A stretch of DNA of 35,582 nucleotides from assembly GCF_000315625.1 (NCBI RefSeq), contig NW_005434483.1:1-35582 (forward strand), read 5' to 3'. This stretch comes from Guillardia theta CCMP2712. Lineage: Eukaryota > Protista > Cryptophyta. Positions 8,794 through 18,938 of this stretch are shown here, one piece after another (within the stretch, counting starts at the first letter, position 1; the number at the start of each line of letters is the position of its first letter). Both the position numbers and the translations under genes were made by a program. The notes under the pieces are model-generated. The model had not been told where the DNA came from. It worked only from the letters and a program-made list of their open reading frames with translations, and did not search any database.

Positions 8794-11289
8794 CATGATT
8801 ATCTTTCACCTGCTGCCCCCTGCCCCTCCGCCCTCTGTTCCTCCCACAAGTGCCTCTGTCCTGTCCGCTTCTACTTCCTTCATCTTGCTCTTCCACCCTC
8901 CACCCTCCTCCTACTCGCATCCCTCCCATCCTCCTCATCGTCGCCCTCCCGTCACCTGTCGGCAGATCGGGCTATCAGTGCAGGCGTACTCGGAGGGGAT
9001 TAAGCTTGCTCCGGGCTACGAAGCGGGCTTCTGCAACTTCTTCTACGCCACCATCTTCGCCTGCCACTGGGAGGGGCGGGGGAGGCACGTGAAGCGACTG
9101 CGGGAGATCATGAAGGGATACTTGCAAGGAAAGGACCCGCTGATCCACGAGTGCGTCCAGCCATTCCAGGTGCTCCTCCTGCTCCTGCTCCTGCTCCTGC
9201 TCCACCACTACCTCCTCCTCTTCCTCCCTCTTTGGGGTGAAGTCATCTGTTGATTCGTTCCTGCTAGAGCTTGGCCTATCCCCTCGAGCCCGAGGAGCTT
9301 CTCGCCATCGCCTCCTTCCATGCCAACAAGGCTGCCGTCCATGTCAGTGGAGTGGTGGGGAAGAACTTCAAACCCTTTCCCCTCGTCCGCTATCCCCTCA
9401 TCGTCCATGCTGCTCACAATCCACACGGCGAAGGCAGCAGGAAGCTGAGGATCGGGTTTGTGTCGGCTGACTACAAGGACCATCCCGTTGTCAAGGATCT
9501 GGTCAGTCTTGTCCTCTTTCTTTCCCTCCTCCCCTCCTCCCCTCCTCATCTCCTCTCCTCCTCTTCCTACTCTCCACTCCTGTCCTCCTCTTCTGCTCCC
9601 CTGCTCTCCTGCAACCTTCCCATACTCAGCTTCTCCTCGGCTCTCNNNNNNNNNNNNNNNNNNNNNNNNNNNNNNNNNNNNNNNNNNNNNNNNNNNNNNN
9701 NNNNNNNNNNNNNNNNNNNNNNNNNNNNNNNNNNNNNNNNNNNNNNNNNNNNNNNNNNNNNNNNNNNNNNNNNNNNNNNNNNNNNNNNNNNNNNNNNNNN
9801 NNNNNNNNNNNNNNNNNNNNNNNNNNNNNNNNNNNNNNNNNNNNNNNNNNNNNNNNNNNNNNNNNNNNNNNNNNNNNNNNNNNNNNNNNNNNNNNNNNNN
9901 NNNNNNNNNNNNNNNNNNNNNNNNNNNNNNNNNNNNNNNNNNNNNNNNNNNNNNNNNNNNNNNNNNNNNNNNNNNNNNNNNNNNNNNNNNNNNNNNNNNN
10001 NNNNNNNNNNNNNNNNNNNNNNNNNNNNNNNNNNNNNNNNNNNNNNNNNNNNNNNNNNNNNNNNNNNNNNNNNNNNNNNNNNNNNNNNNNNNNNNNNNNN
10101 NNNNNNNNNNNNNNNNNNNNNNNNNNNNNNNNNNNNNNNNNNNNNNNNNNNNNNNNNNNNNNNNNNNNNNNNNNNNNNNNNNNNNNNNNNNNNNNNNNNN
10201 NNNNNNNNNNNNNNNNNNNNNNNNNNNNNNNNNNNNNNNNNNNNNNNNNNNNNNNNNNNNNNNNNNNNNNNNNNNNNNNNNNNNNNNNNNNNNNNNNNNN
10301 NNNNNNNNNNNNNNNNNNNNNNNNNNNNNNNNNNNNNNCCTTCTTCTCCATCCTCCTCAACTTCCTTCAGGTCCGCAAGATGTCCTCTCGAGCAGCAGCT
10401 TCCTTCGTCTACGCTTCTGCTGGTACCTCTCATCCTTCCCTCCTCCCCTTCCTCGCTCTCCCGCCGCCCTCAGCCCCTTTGTTGCTGCCGTTCTCACTTC
10501 CACCATCATTACCATCTCCTCTCCTTCGTCATCTTGCCCGTCCTGCCTCCTGCCTCCTGCCTCCTGCCTCCTGCCTCCTGCCTCCTGCCTCCTGCCTCCT
10601 CCTGCCTCCTGCCTCCTCCTCCTCCTTTCTAGTCTTCTCCATCTCCTCTCTTCTCCAACAACCACAAAGTTCACGCGTCATCAAGGACAAGGACGAACGA
10701 CGCTAGTGCGCTCCATGAAGGACTACGTGGACGTTGCTGGTGAGGAACAGGAATGCTTTCGGTGTGCAGTCCTAACATTAAGGCTTCAGTCAAACTAGGG
10801 AGGAAGAAGAATAGAAAGAAACTCAGGAAGATGAAGAAAGGTCAGCCAAGTCCTCCTTCCTCCCGGGCGATGACGAGGGTCCGCAGAGCTGGAAGAGGGA
10901 AGGTTCAAGAGTCCTATGTTCGACACCAGGAGGTCTGCTGCTCTTACCCTGGACTGCTGTCTTATCCTATTCCTCCTCCTTACATCCCTCCTCTACTCAC
11001 GCTCCTCCTGCACCTCCCTCACCTCGTCTGCAGATGGGTCAAGACCTTTCAGAAGCTGATCCGGATGCTATGGGACGCGCACGCAGGTGATGCTGACGGC
11101 AGGAAGATTTGCTGCCATACCTTCTCTCCTGCTCGCCTACTATCCTTCCTCCACTCCTTGCCCCTCATTCACTCCATCATTTACCCGTTCACAGATGGCA
11201 TTGATGAGATTTCTGTACATCAAATCTCGGAACTCCTGCAGCAAAGGAAAATGCACGTAGTCGCCGCCGATATTGTCCCTCCCAGCTGA
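6983..11289 (+). CDS. TPR-repeat GT41 glycosyltransferase (O-GlcNAc transferase, SEC/OGT-like), multi-exon, interrupted by assembly gap
   Basis: About 8-10 TPRs, then CVQPFQ|SLAYPL and LRIGFVSADYKDHP; after the gap VRKMSSRAAAS, LVRSMKDYVDVA and SPMFDTRR|WVKTFQKLIRMLW, matching the OGT/SEC C-terminal catalytic lobe. Confidence 0.85.
7353..7450 (+). repeat. (CTCCTG)n microsatellite in intron
   Basis: About 16 perfect hexamer copies inside intron 7307-7482; source of the spurious poly-Leu ORF. Confidence 0.95.
8737..8793 (+). repeat. (CTCCTG)n microsatellite in intron
   Basis: About 9 copies just after the GT donor at 8731. Confidence 0.9.
9646..10338. other. Assembly gap (693 N)
   Basis: Run of N. 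Confidence 1.
10542..10615 (+). repeat. (CCTCCTG)n heptamer repeat in intron
   Basis: About 10 copies of CCTCCTG/CCTGCCT. Confidence 0.85.
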
Positions 11290-11699
11290 ACATTGATAAC
11301 GCAATCATCATACATCTGTCGAATAACAAACAAGGTCTCATATGGTCCGATGTATGGGAGTCTCCGACTCTCTAGAGCACATACAGGAGGCAACGGAGGA
11401 CCAAGGGGGTCAAGACCAACCATCATAAGATACAAGCATCTACAAACTCTTGATGTAATTTACAAATTAAGTCGTAGTCTACACCCGCCATACCATATCT
11501 ATCGAGAAGACAACCAAAAAGACTCCGTTAAGAGAAGCGCTTCCTAACACGTTCCACTGCCCACAACCCTCCCATCCTCCCTAGCAATCACCAGGTCACA
11601 GCTCAAGTAACCTGTCAGCGGGAGATCCTCCTTCCCAAGTATCAACTACCAACGGCAGGAAGGGTGGAAAGTTTGCAGGACGACATCTTCTCAGATCTG

Positions 11700-12135
11700 A
11701 ACCGGACCATGTTGAAGGTAGTCTCCGGGTCCATCCTCCTTAGCAGGAGAGCCTCAAAATAGCTCCCATCTCCTTGACCTGGGAGACTCTTGACGCTGGG
11801 ATGCAGTACGTCGCCTCTTCACCATCAGAGATCGAGGAAACGATCACCTGCGATATAGTGAGCGTCTCGCACTACAAACCAATTGTATCATCCTACCTGA
11901 CCGTTCGCCAGTGTGTTCAGAACATCCGAAGCATTCTTCACTGGAACTCCAGCAATGATCGCCCACTGACCGGCGGTCTTGGGCGTCACATCTACAAGCA
12001 TTGCAGCAAGAAGGCCTGTCCTGCTAGCCATGGCCAGTGCGGTGGAAACCGCGGCGGCATCCAGCAATTCGGAGCAGCGGCCAAGAAACTCAGAATCGGA
12101 AGTAGCAGCAGCTGGCATTCTGACAGGAGATGTTT
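11700..12135 (-). pseudogene. Winged-helix N-terminal domain of an Rv2258c-like SAM methyltransferase; apparently truncated or frameshifted
   Basis: ALAMASRTGLLAAMLVDVTPKTAGQWAIIAGVPVKNASDVLNTLANGQ|VIVS...TYCIPASRV resembles the GLF..M...P.T..ELA..AG...L..LA....Y.LP pattern; the frame stops soon after and I found no SAM-binding motif. Confidence 0.35.
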
Positions 12136-12599
12136 CTTGATGACAAGTGTGTGAATACGAATTCAGATCCTGATTGCGATAGCGACAGAGGAAAAACTGT
12201 GCGACGATGCTGCGGTGCAACAGCGCCTTTTAAATTGACATACGAGCCGGATACAAACCGAGGAAAGAGATCGAACCAAGAAGGTACGGAGGAATTTTGT
12301 GCTGGCACACGTAGCAAGCTCCTGATTCGATTGAGACAATGACGGTGGAAAGGAAAGACAGCAAGCAACGGAGCGGGTCAGAGGTGGATAATGATCGAGA
12401 GGATTGCAGAACGCCGACAAGAGCGAACGAGGACGCACAAAGCTGCACAGAGGGAGGAAAGAAGTGATCACGAGATGCAGTGGAGGATAGACACAAGAGG
12501 AGGAGGAGGAGGAGGGAGTAAAGAAGGAGCGAGGGGGAGGAGAAACAGCAGCGAACGCTGGAGGCTGAGGAGGCGGATAGGACTGGTTGAAGGATGCGA

Positions 12600-14460
12600 A
12601 TGAGTACCCACCCCCACCGTAGCATAAGATTGCAGGGGAAGATAGGGGTAGGGCTCCCCCAGACATTCCAACTGATGGGTGTGAAGTAGGGTAAGGGGTG
12701 GGGGGGTCAAAGGGGTAGCTGGATCAGGGGGTAGGTTTAGAGCACTCCCAGGGGGTAGAAGGTGGGGGTAGTCAATTCGAATTTTTCTTTTCGGGGTCAG
12801 GGGTTGGAGGGGCTAGTACCCTACCCCATATATTCATTCATATTTCATATAAGAAGTACGGGTAGGTTTGAATCAGGTGGGGGATGGGGTTCTCAAAAGG
12901 GTGGGGTCAGCTCACGGGGTGGATCAGGAACATCGGGAACACGGGAGTGTGGGAGAAGGACCTCAGGGGGTGCGGGTTGTCGAATATAGGGGTGGGTACT
13001 CCATGGTAGGGGTCATTCTAGACGTTTCTACAAAGTGTGTATTGAGCAGACGGTGGGTAGGACCGAATTGATTCCGGGAGGTATAGGAGGGTGGGGGTGG
13101 GTAGAAGCGATCAACTTCGAGGGTAGGGTACTCTGTGTTTCAGGTCCCCGAGACCCATCATGGAGAATGCACCCTACCCAGGCACAACAACCACTCTTTT
13201 ACATGTACCCCTATATTTCAGATACAAACATGGGAATAAAGGTGGGTACTTCATAACATGGTCGGATGAGGAGGGGGGGGCACTCAATCTTTCTCGTGGT
13301 GTAGCTTCGAAGCTCTGGTGGACCTCGTCACATCCTGTGGATAGTAGGGTGGGGTGGTAAAATACACTTTGTCACTTGGTAGAAGTAGGGGTCAAACTAT
13401 ATCAAAAGACGGGGTACCTGGAGTTGGAGTTCTCCGAAGAGGTGAGGCTATTCCCGGGGGTGGGGTCCAAAGAGTGTTCTGTAGCCGTGGGCGGTACGAT
13501 AATCGTGAGGCGGTGTCTCCTGGAGTGGGGAGATGTCCTCCAATTAGGGGGTGGGTGTAGAGAACAGAGGGGGTGGGTAGTGTTGTTTGCGGATAGACTG
13601 GGGTAGTGGATGAAGGGGATTTCCAAAAGTTCCATTGACCCTTTAGGGGTTGGGGTATGATAATTTCCATGATTGGGTGGGTAGTCGTCCAAAAAGGAAC
13701 TTTCTGTAATAGAACTTCCTGGAAATTTTCAGGTCTACAACATGATGGGGTACTGAAGGGTACGAGGATGGGGGTACATTGTGGAGGTGGTCAGGATAAA
13801 ACCACGGGGTCCAGTGTCGATTCAGCCCAGCTGACGACATTGTTACCGGTAGGGGTACATATTTTACAAAATTCAAGGAGCTTGGGTGTATGACCCCCAA
13901 CTTTAACCCCATTTTCTAGGAATTTGATGGGGTTGTCACAACGTGACTCTTAGGAGGACCCCTAAAGTTCAACTTCAAGTAACCCTTTTTGGAAATAATC
14001 ATTTGCTCCACGTGGCAGGTTGCAGGGTGAGGCCCGTTAGGAAGAGGTGACTTTATCATTCGGGGGGTTGTGGCTGTTGCACTGCTGCAGTGGGGTGAAA
14101 AACAGTAAATATGGGGGTGGGGGTATAAATTTGATGGGGTCCTCATGATTCCATGGGGTGGGTATAAAAGACCGGCCCAACGATGTTGAACTTGAGGTCC
14201 CGGGGTACGAGCAAGAACGAAATGGCTATGGTAGGGGTATTTTGAAAGGTTTACATGGGGGTGGGGGTACAAAGACTCTAAAAGCACACGTATGTCGGGG
14301 GCAGCAATTTCAGTGGAAAAATACTGAGTCAGAACCTTGTTGTGTCCCACGATCGAACACTGAGGCTGGCTTGAAATAGAGCAACAACAACTACGGTTCA
14401 GTTCGGCCCGGGCCCGCCGGGCCCAAAGGATCCCACCCGAGTATGAGGGGGATGAGTTAG
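12600..14460. other. 1.85-kb GGGGT/GGGTA-rich non-coding tract
   Basis: Dozens of G3-G7 runs usually followed by T/TA on + strand; no tandem period and no credible ORF. Confidence 0.6.
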
Positions 14461-14599
14461 ATCTCGTCGTTGTCCGAACTATGTCGGCATCTTCGGAGAG
14501 CGGCGAGAGGTCGCGCAAGAGAAGGAGGAAGACGAGCAGCTCGTGTGAAGGTTAAGAGGATGAAGACGAGACGGATGAAGAAAACAGAACAAGAAAGTT

Positions 14600-14768
14600 A
14601 TGCGAGCACGGGCGGCGAAGATCTTCGCAATGCACTGCGGGGGGAGCAGCATATGCGAGCACGGGCGGCAGCGATCAGCATGCAAGGCATGCGGGGTGGG
14701 GGTGGGGGGCAGTATGCGAGCACGGGCGGCAGTGATCGTCATGCAAGGCATGGAGGGGGGGGGGGGGA
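14600..14768 (+). pseudogene. Decayed Cys/His repeat (CEHGRQRSxCKxCGGSSI) coding fragment
   Basis: Three copies starting TGCGAGCACGGGCGGC (14601, 14654, 14715); frameshifts between copies, and copy 3 has TGA where copy 2 has CGA. Confidence 0.6.
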
Positions 14769-14868
14769 NNNNNNNNNNNNNNNNNNNNNNNNNNNNNNNN
14801 NNNNNNNNNNNNNNNNNNNNNNNNNNNNNNNNNNNNNNNNNNNNNNNNNNNNNNNNNNNNNNNNNNNN
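14769..14868. other. Assembly gap (100 N, probably placeholder size)
   Basis: Run of exactly 100 N. Confidence 1.
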
Positions 14869-15371
14869 GGGTAGCAGCCGGTGTACATGGCTAGACTTTA
14901 GGGCTGCACTCGGAACCTGGCCTGCTGCGCTGGATACATCATGGCGCTGCTCCGATACTGATCCATCTTTAACTCTCTGTCACGCCCGGTGCCGGGACTA
15001 AGAATCGTAGACTTTGGAACCTGGTATCATCTGATAGACCGCAGAAATCAGAGTGACCCTCATCACAACGAGCACGGCGGATTGAGCCGGTAAATGTCTG
15101 ACCGTTATGAAGAGTCACTCATCACGTCAGTCACATGACCGTAAGAAAGAAACAACACTTCGTTTCTTAGATGAAAATATTTAGGAGTCTAGTGGCATTA
15201 AGAGATAAGAATGAGTGGTGAGCAGTACACGTGTACCCAGTCCTTACAACAGTGGCGATGAAACACGTCTTAATTGAAGTTCTCTGCTACAATTTTATGT
15301 GTCAACATCAGATCCCCGTGTACTTTTGCATTCTACATGAGCTAGATGAGTTGCATCGATTCAAATTACCA

Positions 15372-16024
15372 TCATTGTGCCATTCTTTTCAAATGAGCAA
15401 ACACTCTGTCTTTGACCCACTGCCGATAGAAAAATGTGAGAAAACAATCCGAAAAAGCAAACGAAAGAGGATTCTCCGAACAAACAGGAGCACCTCCTCA
15501 TCATGGAGTTGTGACTTACCTGCTTGTTGTGAGGTTCATAGGCACCGTAACCGTTGTACACGAGGCAGCACAGGTCGCCAAGCTGATCGATGAATGCATA
15601 CCTGCAAACGCATTCGTGATGAAAGGATCCCACAGGAGAAGGGAGGGCCTACAGCTCAGAGATGTCGTAGGTAATGTTCCTCATGCCTACATACAAGATT
15701 ATGAACATTGATATCACTCACTCGAAGGATCAACATCCTTACCAGGATTCATTTGCTTCAACCTCTGTTCGTACAGCTGGCAAATGCCGTTCATGGCCTC
15801 TGAGACACTTTCGAAGTCGCTGAAAGTTCTTGTGCTCTTGCTGGCTGCCAATTTAATCATGACAATGAAGAATTCAAAGTTTCATGGGATCAACAATATC
15901 ATGTTGTCATCTTGAACAAGAATCAACATACAAAGTGGGTTACATAATACCCAATTTACCCATTCAAAAGGGCGCACACACCTGTTTCCTGCAGAAGAAC
16001 AATCGTGTGCTTGGGTGTAGCCAT
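15372..16024 (-). CDS. ERH: Enhancer of rudimentary homolog, multi-exon
   Basis: MATPKHTIVLLQ...SKSTRTFSDFESVSEAMNGICQLYEQRLKQMNP...RNITYDISELYAFIDQLGDLCCLVY...AYEPHNKQ|WVKDRVFAHLKRMAQ*. Confidence 0.95.
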
Positions 16025-17128
16025 GGCGCTGAGTTTGTAAGTTGCTCAGGTAGCAGAGCAGATGTAGAGAAAAAGAGGAAGAGAGGGTCGGGACTGCCGA
16101 GGGTTCAGGTCCTGGGAGAGGCGCGGATGGCGGGAAGCAGGCAGGGGGGGTGGGGCAACACGGCAGGTGATGGGTTGTTAGAATGTTTCAATATTGAGGG
16201 AGATATTTCAAATCAGTGTTTGTAAAACTTCAATAATAGAGGAAACGCTTTGAGACGATGGAGTTTGACGCCGACCAGGGGGGTGGGGAGGGGCTGATGA
16301 GGTGTCTACCATTTTTACAATTTTACATTTTTAAATAATAGTTTTTAATTTAAAATAGTTTTTGCGCTGCCTTAGATTGAAACTCTAATGTCCCAACTAA
16401 GTGTAGATTGCTGTCCTTCAAGGTACCAATTTCAATAAAAGAACTGAACACAATAGTAGAAGATCAAGTTGTGGATGTGTATTTGAAATTCCATAAGGCA
16501 ATTTGAATCTACTTTCAGACCCCTTTCAATGCGCCCGATGGGTGAAGTGCAAGGGCGAGGCGAAAATCATCTGAGGAACGTGGCGGAAGGGGAGGGAGGG
16601 AGGGAGGGAAGGAGGGAGGGAGGAAGAGGACCAGATGAAAATTCAGAGCATGAACAGGGTCAGGACGAGGAGGTTCGGACAAGAAGTGGCATTTTTCTGA
16701 GGCATGCGAGTCGTGCAGACAAGAATTTTCCTGACCTGTAGTAGGAACAGCAACAGTTTCAAGAAGGGAAGCAAGTTCAAGCGAGTCTATAACAAATGAA
16801 GAATATGAGCTGTGATTTCTCATCAAGCTGTAATTTCCCATCAATGGTTCAGGGGAAAGCTGCAAGTCTGAAGAAAAAATCTATATATCCAATGACATGG
16901 TAGCAATAGTGGTGGTGAGCCAGTAGGATTAGGTTTGGCTGACAAACATTAGAGAGGAAACATTGAACAGCTGATATCTCCGCAATTTCTTGAAAATCAT
17001 GTGATTTTATTCCAATTGTCTTTGATCAGACATTGTCCAAACTGAAGCCTTGATAATCCGCTGGACTTTTCCTGCTTTTCCTTCTCTTATTGATATATTG
17101 CACGTAGCCTAGCGGGAAATATCGCGCC

Positions 17129-18306
17129 ATGGACCCTCTGACTTGCCAGCCACAACGGATTTTTATTTGGATTTTTCTATACCTCTGCATTGACACAGTC
17201 ACTGAGCAGTATGCAGCATCATCGCACCAACTCGGTTCAATAGCGGTGATGCGAAACAGCGTTGAAGGGACATGCAGGCTGCGTGGAGGGTTTGATAACC
17301 CCAACCCGATCTATCATCATGGAACGACAGACGACGAGTCGGAAAAGGAACAGAACGCAGACGCCCTTGATGAAAAGAAGATCCTTGAATCAGTGCTCAA
17401 GCACGTACGGCCCAAACCGGCACCACCGCCTGAGAAGCCGAAAGAGAAAACTGAGTGAGTTGTGACATGTTGTGACGCCGTCATTCATTGGATGCTACAG
17501 AGAGGAAGAACAACAAGAAGAGTTTGAAAGGTCCATCCTCGCAAAGATACTTGAACCTGGGGCCCTCTCCCGATGTGAGATGCTTGGTGCACGTGAATGT
17601 GAGTATGACATCTGGTCATCGCAGTGGACAACGTCAGGTACTCAAATCCTCAGCTCGCCAAGTCCATCCAGAACAAGCTCTTGTCGATGGCTAGGGAAGG
17701 AAGAATCCTTGACAAGGTGAGAACATCTCCGAATCTCCAGCTGCACCTCTGAGAGTTGCTCGCCACTCCAGGTCTCGGAGGACACGATAGTGTCGCAGCT
17801 CAAGACTGAAAGCAAGAGGTATTGCTCAGATCGCTTCTTAGCTGTTGCTGAGGCCGAGGGATCAGGGTACACAAGAAGTCTCAGTTCATCTACAAACGCA
17901 AGAAGACCCTGCTCGACAACGTAGGCATCACCCCAGAGGAAGCAGAGAGAGTCGGAGTCAACGTCTCAGGTATCTCTCCTCGCCTCCTGCTCCTCCCTAT
18001 CTCCTTGACCTGCCGCTATTCCCCCTCCGTGCCCTCCAACGCTGCCCCTCGCAGCACACCCCCACCCATCCTCTCGCCACGTCCCTGCATTACTTCCACC
18101 ATCTGTTTCCTTTGGCTCATCCTCGGGCTCAGATTGGAATATCGAGATGACGGACTCAGTCTCTTCGAGGTGAGTGCTCGGTCCTCGATCGCGCTCTATC
18201 TCATCCTCCCCTCTTCAGCCAGCTGCCACTGGATCTCGACGACGATGAGGAGCCAGCCGACGGAGGGATGGAAGACCTTCCTCTTGATGCGTCAAATGAC
18301 GAATGA
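17129..18306 (+). CDS. PDCD5/TFAR19-like protein with N-terminal hydrophobic extension, multi-exon
   Basis: Spliced core EEFERSILAKILEPGALSRLDNVRYSNPQLAKSIQNKLLSMAREGRILDK|VSEDTIVSQLK...FIYKRKK follows the PDCD5 pattern (IL.P.AR.RL..I..V.P.KA..VE..LI.MA..G....K..E); acidic tail ends at TGA 18304-18306. Confidence 0.7.
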
Positions 18307-18462
18307 GCCCGGGACTGTACAGGCTCCCTGCTCATGCATGACCGCCTCTTCCTTTTCTGCTCTTCCTCCCCTTCGCACTCTGAGGCTCCTTACAGTGAAA
18401 ACTCTTGCCATGACTTGCATACCTTGTCCTTTTTTGCTCCTACCACACATCCTGTCACATAC

Positions 18463-18515
18463 TCCCTCCCTCCCTCCCTCCCTCCCTCCCTCCCTCCCTC
18501 CCTCCCTCCCTCCCT
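18463..18515 (+). repeat. (TCCC)n microsatellite
   Basis: About 13 copies. Confidence 0.9.
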
Positions 18516-18628
18516 CTTTTCTTCTTTCACCCCATCCATCCCCCGATCTTCTTCATCTTTGTATTTCGGATTCCACTCACTTCAGTGCGCTTTTCATGCA
18601 AGACCGATGAAAGTGTGCCCTTGTCCAG

Positions 18629-18800
18629 GATCGCTGGCTCCTTCTCTTCCCCTTCCTCCAGCTATTCGCCATGATCGCTGGCTCCTTCTCTTCCCCTTCC
18701 TCCAGCTATTCGCCATGATCGCTGGCTCCTTCTCTTCCCCTTCCTCCAGCTGCTCGCCATGATTCTTCCCCTTCCTCCAGCTGTTCGCCATGATTCTTCC
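18629..18800 (+). repeat. 44-bp minisatellite
   Basis: GATCGCTGGCTCCTTCTCTTCCCCTTCCTCCAGCTATTCGCCAT at 18629, 18673 and 18717, plus an internally deleted copy at 18761. Confidence 0.9.
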
Positions 18801-18938
18801 CTCTCCTCCTCTTCTTCGCCACCCACATCCACCTCGCCTTCCTCGCTCACATCATTTTCGAAACTTCAAAAAAGGCGGGGAGGTGGTGGCAGATGCATAT
18901 TCAGGGGGTAGGGGTGGTGAGTCGTCGGGGCGTTGGGC

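Noticed and set aside
9271-10798. Long ORFs of 240-450 aa
   Set aside because: Artefacts of reading through the N gap.
4660-11289. Functional cluster of opsin with OGT-like or other neighbours
   Set aside because: Adjacency alone is not evidence in a eukaryotic genome; no shared pathway signal.
12762-14518. ORFs in the G-rich tract; telomere-like or viral origin
   Set aside because: No domain motifs and no regular TTTAGGG-type period; no viral hallmark gene seen.
16258-17050. Possible micro-exon gene on + (MEFDADQG..., IETLMSQLSVDCCPS)
   Set aside because: Splice-like sites exist, but I could not build an open frame without assuming an indel, and no homology was recognised.
18629-18800. 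CRISPR-like repeat array
   Set aside because: Units are directly tandem with no unique spacers; eukaryotic context with no cas genes.
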